Positions 11,524-20,951 of a DNA stretch of 64,000 nt are shown piece after piece. This DNA comes from a virus. Position 1 is the first letter of the stretch. Every line of letters begins with the position of its first letter. Under the pieces are notes generated by a model that saw only the letters and a list, made by a program, of their open reading frames with translations, was not told where the DNA came from and did no database searches. The translations under genes and the position numbers were made by a program. The stretch spans positions 64,001 to 128,000 of the IMG/VR virus record IMGVR_UViG_3300035698_022838, one strand, 5' to 3'.

Positions 11524-13140
11524 TTATTTATATATGGATCCCCCATAAGTAATTTTTGTTCCATACCCAGCATAATATCCGGAAGTAGATAGATCTAAAG
11601 TTTGTGCTACACCAGTACATGAATTATAACTTCCTATGGTAGCTGCAAATGGTACTATCTCTATAGGCCCACCCAAATCATTAAGTACATTAGAATTATC
11701 TGTAAGCTCTATACTAGTTACCTTTGAATTTTTTATCATTATAGCTATACCATAATAACTACCTGTACCCCCACGGTGTGCTAAATATAAATCAGATGCA
11801 ACTGCTTCTACATAACCGGTTCCACCAGTAACACCAATAGCTATAGCTGTATTTATCATCTCGGCAATTCCAGTTGCTCCTGCTGGATTATCTGCAGTAT
11901 TTTGCATTTTATAAAACGTACCATTTGACGAATTACCAGTTCCTCCATTTGCATCAAAGTCTATACTTGGATTGTCTACACCTGAAGATTGTGTAACCTC
12001 TAACGTCAAAGTATATTTATTTCCTGGAAACCCTGCATCAGTAAAATATTGAGGTGATACTATAAGTGGATTCGAAGTAGTATTGTCATCTGGGTTTTCT
12101 TGATATTCACCGCCACGAGCATACGCTTGTGCACTATGAACTAATGGGTAGGGTGAACTTATAACACTTGTTAAAAGTGCATCAGACCAATTAAAGCTAT
12201 CTGCTAAAATTGTAATATTACCAGTATCCATATAGAATATATTATTCTTCAATCCTGGGGTAAGATAATCTCCTGAATCTATTGCAGTTTCACCAGGACT
12301 ATATAATATATTATTTATACCAATAACACCAGAGATTTCTTCTATCCCGTCCTCAAACGTACTATCACCTGCTAACCCAGTAGCTACTAAAGTACAATCC
12401 TCGTTTGTCGAATGGAAATTACTTATTACCTGTGCTGCTCCGCCACTAGCTCCAACACCAATTTCGAATATTTTATTATTTAATGGTAAACTAGCATCAG
12501 AACCTTTAAATGCGGATAGAGTAACAGAGGAAGCTTGTATATAAGTATTAGCAATACCATCGGTATTTATATAAACAGTTTCAGCTACTCCAATTTTACT
12601 CATGGTAAAATTATCAGATGTTGTGTCGTGAATAAGACCATTTTCCGCAGTAAGTTGGACAGTAACTTGTCTACTATAACCAGGAGGATCTGCAATATCT
12701 GCTCCTTGCACATCAACCCAATCAGACAATTCAAAATTGGTAACATTTTGTGAGGTAGATCCGCTACCTCCAATGTCCCAACTCCACGTATCAGGACTAG
12801 CGAAATCACCGGTTGAGGCATCGGTAAAATTTATAGTTTCAGACATTATTATAGCAGTATCGCTTTTGGTAAAACTAGCAGTTATAGTTGATGGTAAAAC
12901 GTTTATTAGATTAACATAATATGCGTAATCGATAACATTATTAAAATCTGTTATACTTAAGTATGCATTGTATAAACCAGGTGAAGTATATTGGATATTT
13001 GCAGTTGGACCATATGTTTGTATTATTCCTGAGCCTGTCGTAAATACCCAATGATATACTATATATGGGGTAACCCCACCATAGGTTGTATCAGTAAAAT
13101 CTACTGATTGTGATGCGTATATTGTAATTTGATTTGCCAT
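11524..13140 (-). CDS. PKD-domain virion protein
   Basis: Two PKD-like units: 'VDFTDTT...YHWVF...YTSPGLYNAYL' and 'ASFTKS...INFTDASTG...TWSWD'. Confidence 0.7.
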   Translation of the reverse strand: MANQITIYASQSVDFTDTTYGGVTPYIVYHWVFTTGSGIIQTYGPTANIQYTSPGLYNAYLSITDFNNVIDYAYYVNLINVLPSTITASFTKSDTAIIMSETINFTDASTGDFASPDTWSWDIGGSGSTSQNVTNFELSDWVDVQGADIADPPGYSRQVTVQLTAENGLIHDTTSDNFTMSKIGVAETVYINTDGIANTYIQASSVTLSAFKGSDASLPLNNKIFEIGVGASGGAAQVISNFHSTNEDCTLVATGLAGDSTFEDGIEEISGVIGINNILYSPGETAIDSGDYLTPGLKNNIFYMDTGNITILADSFNWSDALLTSVISSPYPLVHSAQAYARGGEYQENPDDNTTSNPLIVSPQYFTDAGFPGNKYTLTLEVTQSSGVDNPSIDFDANGGTGNSSNGTFYKMQNTADNPAGATGIAEMINTAIAIGVTGGTGYVEAVASDLYLAHRGGTGSYYGIAIMIKNSKVTSIELTDNSNVLNDLGGPIEIVPFAATIGSYNSCTGVAQTLDLSTSGYYAGYGTKITYGGSIYK

Positions 13141-13154
13141 TTTTATATATTTAA

Positions 13155-16100
13155 TTAAGGTCCAGTAGCATAAGTAAAACTAACCACTAACGGTGATGCT
13201 GCTCCTGGCATAGTTGCAGGGGGTGCTAAAACCCCTCCTGTACCAGAGAAAGAATTAAAAGTTATTTCAACAGGTTCAGATGTTGTTAATGAGGTTGTTG
13301 CTATAGTAGGTCTTACACGATAGTAAAAATTAGTAATGTTTTCATCTGTTGAATTATTTAGTTGATTTGCAACATCACCCAACGTTAGATACCCTGATGG
13401 ACCATTTATAAATGTTACACCAACAGGAAATGGATATTTTTCTTTTCCTGGACTAACCTTTATATGATCGCCAACCTTCGTAGTATGGATCTCATATCCA
13501 CCTAACCATCCATTATTGTATGAAAAATCATCCCAAGTATGCGCATAAGCTTCATCCCATGTAGACTCATTAAACATATTCCAATTTAGATTTTTTGTAC
13601 CAAAATATCTTATATTACTATTTCCGTCTATATCATCATACGGATCCCAAGGAATATAAGCAGTTCCCCCAGTAATTCCACCAGACAATATAGAATCTAC
13701 TGACACTAAAGTAAGTGAACCGGTTAATGATACAGTTAATACGTCATTGTTACCAATTCCACCTGTTCCGGTATCACTAGCAACATTAATTGTTGCTGGA
13801 GAAACCTCTGGGTTAAATGATTGTGCAAAATAGTCCGGATACAGAGTAACACTATTAATTTCTTGGACAATCGCGTTTACTGTTGCTTGTATATTAGAAC
13901 CTGACGCAGTAGATCCAACATTTCTATTATTTATAGAAACTGTTATTCCTCCACCTCCTGTTACTTTCTGATCAGGTAATACTACAGGATCTAAATAATA
14001 TGCAGTACCTCCAGCAATTGAAGCTGCGCCAGACGTAGTTCCTACCCCATATTCAGGAGACAGTATATATGGAATAGTAAATGAATATCCAGTAGCTCCG
14101 GTGGGTATAGATATATTCCAGGGTTTATTAAGATCGTCAATTGAACCAGTTAAGAATATTTGACTACCTTCTACAAATGAGTGAGGTTCAGTAGTAAAGA
14201 AAAGGCAATAACCATATTGAGAACCTGATGCCCATAAAGAATATGCCTTGGCTATAGATAATATATTCTGAGATATTATAAAATCTCCTGATGCACCAAT
14301 AGGCTCATTATATTTACTAAGTAATAGCTCTTGTCCATTTAATGCATTATTACCATATACAGCAAAATCTAATATAGCCTTTGGTATTTCTTTCGTAATT
14401 TCATTATATGTTTTGCCTTCTGCCGGGGATATCCAAGTAGAATTATAATCATCCCAATCTTTTACTGTTTGGTCCCAAGTATAATTTTCATTTTCCTTAT
14501 ATCTAGTCCATGCATCAATAAGTATTTCCTTTGGTGCTACTTTTATTGTGCTTTTTTTAATTTTAATATTCTTGAAATTAAACGAGTCATATAAATAACA
14601 AGTAACATCATATTCACCAATATATGGTAAAAAATGTGCTAATTTATAAAAATCCTTAGTATACCCACGATATGAAAAATAATATCCAGAACCTACTTGA
14701 TTCTGCGATTTTTCTATGACCCACTCGATCTCATTATATGCTGAAAGATCTATAGAATCCCATGTTAAAGCTTTTGCTGTACTTGTAGTATCAGGAAGCT
14801 CCATAGAATTCCAATCCATTCCCATTTCATCCCATGTCCAATTATCAATTTCGAGTTCAAGTACTACCGGCATTCCAATCGGAGGTTTATACTCCGAACC
14901 GTCTATATTAGTATATATTATTGGATCATTAACATTATCACCTAGATTTTCTAATAAACTATTTTCCTTTAAATAATAATAGTTTGAAATCGCATCAAGC
15001 ATGCTTAGATTCTCTGCTGCTGTGTATTTTTGGCCATTGGTAATTGGGGGTATAATATTACCAAGATCTGAAACGCTGCTATTTACTATATTCATAGCAC
15101 CATTCAGCTTAGTTGTATTCACATCAGAATAGTAATAAATGGTTGCTTGTTCTTGTGGGTTTACGTCAATAGTAACTGTAGCTCCACCTGTTGCACCACT
15201 GTTTGTAACACCTAATGGTAAATTATCACCAGTAAGTCCACTATTGGTACTTAAAACAAAATTATAAGTATCACTATTGATTACAAAGTTGTACCTCTTT
15301 CCTTTGCTTAGATTTAAAGTTTGATTATCCCCGGTTACACCAGCGAATCTAAATACATCACCTGATGGACCTGCTACAGAAACCTCTATGGTTTCTTCAT
15401 TATAATAATTCATTGGTGCCTGTATAGCATCAACACTTTCTCTAGTACCAAAAGCTCTTAAATCCTCAAGAAAACCAAAATCTGGATTCACTTTGAATTC
15501 TAGATCATTTCCAGATTCAATATCAACTCTTTTTAAGGTATCTGTCCATTCTTTAGTATTATAAACATTGAAATAAACACCTTCTCCAGTAATATCAACT
15601 ATTCTAGCATTTAATGGAAGATAACTTTTTTTCAGTCTTTCCTTTAATGCGAATAACTTTACTAATACCTCTTCTTGGGTAAAAGCAAAAGCTTCTGGTG
15701 TTACTGGGTAACCATATGGATCAGTAGCTGTTGATTCAGTATTAATGTCATAATATAAACCAAATAATGCAGTCTTTTTGTATGTTCTGCTAGGAACTAA
15801 GGTATTCTCTGATGAAACATCCAGTACATATTCACCATCTGAATTTGGGCCGTATGTTTGTTCAAGTCTATATTTACCACTATTTTCATTATCTAATACA
15901 TCACTGATTAGTGAAACTTGGTTTGGTATTTTTGTTGATTTATATTTATCTAAAAATATCTTATTTTCTTCAACAGGACGTACGTCTGCTTTAGCATATC
16001 TAAGGTTTAGCCAATATTCTTTTATACGCAAATCTTGGTACCCAAAGAATTTCAAAGCACCAATTAAGCCTTTATAACTACCAATATAAGGAAATATTTC

Positions 16101-17192
16101 CTCACCAGCAACCATAAGTTCCTTTCTCTTTTCGTTGATCTCTAGGTAATCAGGAAGAGGTTCGGCTGGATCATGATCTCTTAATATAGGGGAATCAGTA
16201 CCAAAAAATGCTCGACCCATATTTTGAGTAAGTACATCAAGCCTTTTATCCTCACCTATTACTTGTCCATAGAATAGAATCTCTGCGACTTTTTCGGTGG
16301 TTCCAGACGTAATATCCTCAATTATGAGTTTCCTCTCATATACTTCAGCACCAATATCTGGTGCATTTATAGCAACATTAATACCTAAAGATCTAGAAGG
16401 TGTTCCAGCTTCTGGTGTTACTATATAGCCAGTTGAAAATGTATCTGATGAATTAAGTATAACAGGAATTGTTATATTTTGGTAATTAGTGATTGATGGG
16501 TTTCCATCAATTTCTGGATCTTCCTCATCTATTTTATATGTAAATATGATGTTTGTTACATCAGTAGAACCATAACTATCATTTTCCCACCTAGTTCTCC
16601 ATAATGGAGTATTACTCGAAGCAGTAGCTCCAGTATGTGGTAATCCAACGAAATGTTCACTAGTAACAGAATCTTCAAACTCTTGTATTATGAATATCTG
16701 TTCGTTTTCATATAAACCTGCAGAAACCTCGTCAAAGAAAACAGACCCACTAAAATACCCACCAGGCAAATCTTCACTTATAGTTTCAATATATGCACTA
16801 TTACCATCAGAAATATTAGTAACTCCGGTAATGCTAGAAAATTCAATGCTTACAAGAGCTCCAACCTTATTTATGCCTGAAACAATTCCTTCCAAAACAT
16901 TAGAAGGATGGAATGTAATTTTTAATGTAATTTTTCCACCCTGTGATACTGCATCACTTACCGCAGTTATCCATGGACTTATATCATATCCATTCACATC
17001 ATTTACATTCAGGAATAAAAAATTACTCGAGATTGAATGCAAAGATAGATTACCAGATGTTGAAATCCCACCAATAGGTGCAGATTTATATCTGAAGTTA
17101 TATGTCAAAGGACCAGCAGCAGTAGCTCCAGTATACCCAAAGTTTAAAGGATTTCCCTGCTTATCAAAAAATTTAAGGTGTTTATTAGCCAT
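13155..17192 (-). CDS. Baseplate wedge-like large structural protein
   Basis: 1345 aa; 'IGSYKGLIGALKFFGY' resembles the wedge (gp7/P2 gpI-like) motif; downstream of the gp6-like gene. Confidence 0.55.
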   Translation of the reverse strand: MANKHLKFFDKQGNPLNFGYTGATAAGPLTYNFRYKSAPIGGISTSGNLSLHSISSNFLFLNVNDVNGYDISPWITAVSDAVSQGGKITLKITFHPSNVLEGIVSGINKVGALVSIEFSSITGVTNISDGNSAYIETISEDLPGGYFSGSVFFDEVSAGLYENEQIFIIQEFEDSVTSEHFVGLPHTGATASSNTPLWRTRWENDSYGSTDVTNIIFTYKIDEEDPEIDGNPSITNYQNITIPVILNSSDTFSTGYIVTPEAGTPSRSLGINVAINAPDIGAEVYERKLIIEDITSGTTEKVAEILFYGQVIGEDKRLDVLTQNMGRAFFGTDSPILRDHDPAEPLPDYLEINEKRKELMVAGEEIFPYIGSYKGLIGALKFFGYQDLRIKEYWLNLRYAKADVRPVEENKIFLDKYKSTKIPNQVSLISDVLDNENSGKYRLEQTYGPNSDGEYVLDVSSENTLVPSRTYKKTALFGLYYDINTESTATDPYGYPVTPEAFAFTQEEVLVKLFALKERLKKSYLPLNARIVDITGEGVYFNVYNTKEWTDTLKRVDIESGNDLEFKVNPDFGFLEDLRAFGTRESVDAIQAPMNYYNEETIEVSVAGPSGDVFRFAGVTGDNQTLNLSKGKRYNFVINSDTYNFVLSTNSGLTGDNLPLGVTNSGATGGATVTIDVNPQEQATIYYYSDVNTTKLNGAMNIVNSSVSDLGNIIPPITNGQKYTAAENLSMLDAISNYYYLKENSLLENLGDNVNDPIIYTNIDGSEYKPPIGMPVVLELEIDNWTWDEMGMDWNSMELPDTTSTAKALTWDSIDLSAYNEIEWVIEKSQNQVGSGYYFSYRGYTKDFYKLAHFLPYIGEYDVTCYLYDSFNFKNIKIKKSTIKVAPKEILIDAWTRYKENENYTWDQTVKDWDDYNSTWISPAEGKTYNEITKEIPKAILDFAVYGNNALNGQELLLSKYNEPIGASGDFIISQNILSIAKAYSLWASGSQYGYCLFFTTEPHSFVEGSQIFLTGSIDDLNKPWNISIPTGATGYSFTIPYILSPEYGVGTTSGAASIAGGTAYYLDPVVLPDQKVTGGGGITVSINNRNVGSTASGSNIQATVNAIVQEINSVTLYPDYFAQSFNPEVSPATINVASDTGTGGIGNNDVLTVSLTGSLTLVSVDSILSGGITGGTAYIPWDPYDDIDGNSNIRYFGTKNLNWNMFNESTWDEAYAHTWDDFSYNNGWLGGYEIHTTKVGDHIKVSPGKEKYPFPVGVTFINGPSGYLTLGDVANQLNNSTDENITNFYYRVRPTIATTSLTTSEPVEITFNSFSGTGGVLAPPATMPGAASPLVVSFTYATGP

Positions 17193-17193
17193 T

Positions 17194-17721
17194 TTAAAAA
17201 ACTCTTCTATTATTAAAAGGTACAGTGTAATTAAATGAATTTCTTATCTGTTTTACACTTTCTATTAAAGCAAAAACAACTTTCTGTAAATAAGATAAAA
17301 TTCCTTCTCTGTCCTGATTTCTGAATATCACATTTGACATTGTCTTTTTGAATATTTGTTCTTTATAATCAAATCCTTCCCTAGCAGTATCATTTATTGA
17401 ATTCTTAACATCGAATAAATTATTTCTTTGATCAAATTGATAATATCTTCTACTCATTTCACCAGGTTTTATTTCATCCATAATAGCTAAATATGTACTA
17501 CCTGATGAACATGGACCATACTTAATTTTCCCAGTAACATCAGTTCGTACTTTTCTATATCCGGTTGAACCTATATTTATTGCTCTTTCTTCTGCTTCAG
17601 CTATTGTAGCATATAAATCATCAGATGATTCAAAGTCACTAGTAAATGTCTTATATTTTGAACCGTTTACAGTATATGAATTTTTATTATCAGGAAAATA
17701 TGGACTAAATTTATTATTCAT
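17194..17721 (-). CDS. Hypothetical baseplate-region protein
   Basis: 175 aa, tightly packed between baseplate genes. Confidence 0.6.
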   Translation of the reverse strand: MNNKFSPYFPDNKNSYTVNGSKYKTFTSDFESSDDLYATIAEAEERAINIGSTGYRKVRTDVTGKIKYGPCSSGSTYLAIMDEIKPGEMSRRYYQFDQRNNLFDVKNSINDTAREGFDYKEQIFKKTMSNVIFRNQDREGILSYLQKVVFALIESVKQIRNSFNYTVPFNNRRVF

Positions 17722-17726
17722 AATTA

Positions 17727-19457
17727 TTACCTATTTTGTGCTATTATTTTCTTTTTAGTATTTGAATTTAATTCATTCAAGAAATTCTTAGGATTAATTG
17801 AGGTAACAGAAATATTCAATGCAGACGGTCTACCATCTATAATTCCATCTACAAAATATGTATGGTTTCTGTCTGCCCAACCACCTCTCATGAGTATAAG
17901 TTCTCCTCTTCCTATGATAATGTCACCATATGAATCCAAGCCTATTTTTTTATTTAACTGTTTAGTGCTTACATTACTTAAATGATCAACAGTTTTGTGA
18001 TACCTTTCATTATCCTCTCCTATAAAATTGAATGAAACTGAATCTACGCCTTCTATACCTTCTATCAATGCAATAATATCAGATTTTGGTATTTTATCTC
18101 TTCTTTGATTAGCTAACATATAATCAGAGATAGAAGACCTAACTTTATCTTTAATTACCTCTGGATCATAACCTTCAAATGTAGACATTGATACATTACC
18201 GATGAATCTCTTAACCTCTGGTTCTATGATTTTTACAACAGTAGTTGCTATCATTTGGCCTGAATCCTCGATTAGGTTTAAAATGGATAGTTTTTGTGAT
18301 ATGCTGAGTAAAAAACTTTCTTCTGGTATGTCAAAATAGTCCTGGTTACTAGTAAGACCTATTGTTACATCAGGTACTAAGAAAATATAGATTACATTAT
18401 CATCATCTAAATATTCATCATCGAATGTTGAAAATGCTTGAATTTGTGAAAATATATTAAACTTATGTAGAAAAATCTCATAATTTTCAGCATTTACAAA
18501 AACAAAAGATCTACTCATTTTAGGAGCAACCAATTTTGTAACTTCTATTGGTTCAGCATCTGCTCCGAAAGATGGATCTAAAATTCCACCTACTGTAATA
18601 TAATTGTCTAAATTAACGACATTCCCAAATAAATCTGTACCACCATCTAAGAATTTGAAAGATAACGTAGTATCACCTCTAGATTGTATATTACCAGCAT
18701 ATCCAGAAGTTTGTAGATATTCAACTGCTATAACACTTCCAGCTTGAGGAATTTTACCAAAGTTTGAATTACCAAAATAAACATCAATACCCTCAGATAT
18801 TCCTGATTTAACTAGAAATCCTTCCTTATTTAATGGTATATCATATAAAGATTCATATTTATTCCATTTATTACCGTTTACATAAACATTAACATAGAAT
18901 TGATCTACTAATGCACCAGATTTAGATGGTACATTAAAACTTTGTAATGCTCTACCTGTACCAGTGAAATTAATTGTTACAAATGCACCTTGCGCAATTT
19001 TAAAGTTAAATGAACTTGCTCTAGTTAAAGGTATTTTTACGTTTGGTGAATTTAATATTAAAGAATATGGTAACCCGTTTTGCAAACATTGCATTCTAGT
19101 ATTGTCCTGTAGCATAATCGCTCCGCCCCCAATATCAGCCTCTTTTAAATTCCATTTAACAGAAACTTCTCCTTGTGCTGCCATACCTCTCCCTGGATCA
19201 TGGCCTGAAATTCTAGCTAAACTTTTTATTGAATGTGCTCTAGTAGCTTCGTTTATGTTTAATTCAGTTATCGAATCCTCTATAAAATAAAGGATAAGTT
19301 GGGATAGATTCTCAAGAACAAATAAAATCTGCCCCCATGCAGAAGATACTGTAAACACATTTCTTGATTGATTATACGTTCTTTGCAGAAACTCGTACGA
19401 ATCACTTAATAATCCTTGTATAAGGATATTATTCTTTTTAAAGATGTTGTTTGCCAT
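17727..19457 (-). CDS. gp6: Baseplate wedge subunit (T4 gp6-like)
   Basis: 'EATRAHSIKSLARISGH', 'VYFGNSNFGKIP', 'VEYLQTSGYAGN', 'GADAEPIE...FVNAENYE' gp6/baseplate-J motifs; follows the gp25-like gene. Confidence 0.8.
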   Translation of the reverse strand: MANNIFKKNNILIQGLLSDSYEFLQRTYNQSRNVFTVSSAWGQILFVLENLSQLILYFIEDSITELNINEATRAHSIKSLARISGHDPGRGMAAQGEVSVKWNLKEADIGGGAIMLQDNTRMQCLQNGLPYSLILNSPNVKIPLTRASSFNFKIAQGAFVTINFTGTGRALQSFNVPSKSGALVDQFYVNVYVNGNKWNKYESLYDIPLNKEGFLVKSGISEGIDVYFGNSNFGKIPQAGSVIAVEYLQTSGYAGNIQSRGDTTLSFKFLDGGTDLFGNVVNLDNYITVGGILDPSFGADAEPIEVTKLVAPKMSRSFVFVNAENYEIFLHKFNIFSQIQAFSTFDDEYLDDDNVIYIFLVPDVTIGLTSNQDYFDIPEESFLLSISQKLSILNLIEDSGQMIATTVVKIIEPEVKRFIGNVSMSTFEGYDPEVIKDKVRSSISDYMLANQRRDKIPKSDIIALIEGIEGVDSVSFNFIGEDNERYHKTVDHLSNVSTKQLNKKIGLDSYGDIIIGRGELILMRGGWADRNHTYFVDGIIDGRPSALNISVTSINPKNFLNELNSNTKKKIIAQNR

Positions 19458-19462
19458 TCTAT

Positions 19463-19834
19463 TTAACTTACTTTAATTGAAATTGCAGGTCCTGCATTTT
19501 CATTTTTTCTTAGAAAAAAATCTAATACAGCTATATCCCTATTTATACCCTGGTAGAAACTCAAATTGAAATACCCACCCAGCGTACCAAATAAGGGTAC
19601 ATATATCCGCAGATTTTTATATATTTCTGCTTTTAAACTTTCTTCCGAAAGATCTAAGGTAAATATCTTTTCTTCTAAACTCAGACCAAATTTAGGGTCG
19701 CCTAATACCTCACCTTTATTAGTAAGGAGTAGCATTTTTAATTGTCCTATACAAATCTCTACTGGATCTGTAACTTCAACAATGCCCTCTTTATAGTTTA
19801 TATCGTCTGGATCTCTATTATAAATCTCAACCAT
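19463..19834 (-). CDS. gp25: Baseplate wedge/sheath-initiator subunit (gp25/GPW-like)
   Basis: 'LKMLLLTNKGEVLGDPKFGLSL' gp25 signature; ATG 19834 preferred because the TTG at 19855 abuts the promoter. Confidence 0.85.
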   Translation of the reverse strand: MVEIYNRDPDDINYKEGIVEVTDPVEICIGQLKMLLLTNKGEVLGDPKFGLSLEEKIFTLDLSEESLKAEIYKNLRIYVPLFGTLGGYFNLSFYQGINRDIAVLDFFLRKNENAGPAISIKVS

Positions 19835-19855
19835 TGGGAATTTTTTATTTCCCAA

Positions 19856-19884
19856 TATATATCTACCTTAAAAAGTACGGGAAA
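19856..19884. repeat. Degenerate direct repeat, copy A, flanking gene 19894..20898 (contains GATATATA on the minus strand)
   Basis: tatatatctaccttaaaaagtacgggaaa vs tatatatctacctaaaatgtgcgaaa at 20903; first 13 nt identical. Confidence 0.65.
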
Positions 19885-19893
19885 TGTGAACAG

Positions 19894-20898
19894 TTAAAAC
19901 CCTAATTCATCTAAGTCAGATAATATATCTAGTTGTTCTTTATATTTTTCTGGAATTATTATATTCTTCCTAACTTCTTTAAAGTTTTCATCGTTCCAAA
20001 TTGACTTGAGCAACATAATGAATTTACCTGGTGTAATTTTTATTTGATGATTTATTTCGTTTATGATACGATGTCCAAATATCTTTAGAAAATTGGATTT
20101 CCAATTATCTATATTATCTTCTATATTATCTTTATCACTACTATGAAGATGTTCATATGGATTTATAAATACATCCAGTAAATCAGAAATACTTTGAACC
20201 CTGACGTTATACATATAAAATTCACCAATTGAGAATTCCGGCAGAAAATGATTGAATACATTATTTATATCTGACCCAAAAGATTCAGGAATTGCATCAA
20301 AATCTATACAATCGTTTATATCTGCATAAATGCGATAGCTTCCTCCAACCTTCTTTGGTCCACCAATTAAAGATATTTTATTACCTGTTGTTTTCATTTC
20401 AAAATTACCTAAGACATGTTCAGGTGCACCTTTGAAATTTTTACCATTAAATCCATCTATTTTATATGACCCTTTTGCATTTTTTCCCGGTACACGGGCT
20501 TCTTTCCCTATTCCTGTTACTATTTTTGGTCCACCAATTAAAGATTTTAATTCACTATTATCCATCTCAATTTCGAACGAACCAACATTATTTGGTGAAC
20601 CAATTAAAGATTCTAGGCTTTCTGTTACTAGAAGGACTAAAGCACCTTTTGTATATTTTGGTATACCATCTAGGTTAGGAACACTAGCATTGAAATATCC
20701 GCTTACATTTCCAAATTTTATTTTTTTTAAAGATTTTTGAGATAGGTTGTAATATGCAGGATCAAAATCTCCATCAATGTCGACTAATTCATTATTTAAT
20801 TTCCATGTACCCTTTATTCTTTTATTTAAGAATTTTTCTAAGGAAGGCTTTAATTGATAATTATTTTCTTCGTATAGGTTTATATGTTTCAATTTCAT
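19894..20898 (-). CDS. Repeat (LRR-like 'SLxGxPxxVxG') protein, paralogue of 35428..36309; probable internal head protein
   Basis: Repeats 'SLIGSPNNVG', 'SLIGGPKIV', 'NFKGAPEHVLG', 'SLIGGPKKVGG'; N- and C-termini shared with the paralogue. Confidence 0.75.
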   Translation of the reverse strand: MKLKHINLYEENNYQLKPSLEKFLNKRIKGTWKLNNELVDIDGDFDPAYYNLSQKSLKKIKFGNVSGYFNASVPNLDGIPKYTKGALVLLVTESLESLIGSPNNVGSFEIEMDNSELKSLIGGPKIVTGIGKEARVPGKNAKGSYKIDGFNGKNFKGAPEHVLGNFEMKTTGNKISLIGGPKKVGGSYRIYADINDCIDFDAIPESFGSDINNVFNHFLPEFSIGEFYMYNVRVQSISDLLDVFINPYEHLHSSDKDNIEDNIDNWKSNFLKIFGHRIINEINHQIKITPGKFIMLLKSIWNDENFKEVRKNIIIPEKYKEQLDILSDLDELGF

Positions 20899-20902
20899 AT
20901 AT

Positions 20903-20928
20903 TATATATCTACCTAAAATGTGCGAAA
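20903..20928. repeat. Degenerate direct repeat, copy B (contains GATATATA on the minus strand)
   Basis: See 19856..19884. Confidence 0.65.
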
Positions 20929-20951
20929 CATTAAAAAGAAAATGATATATA

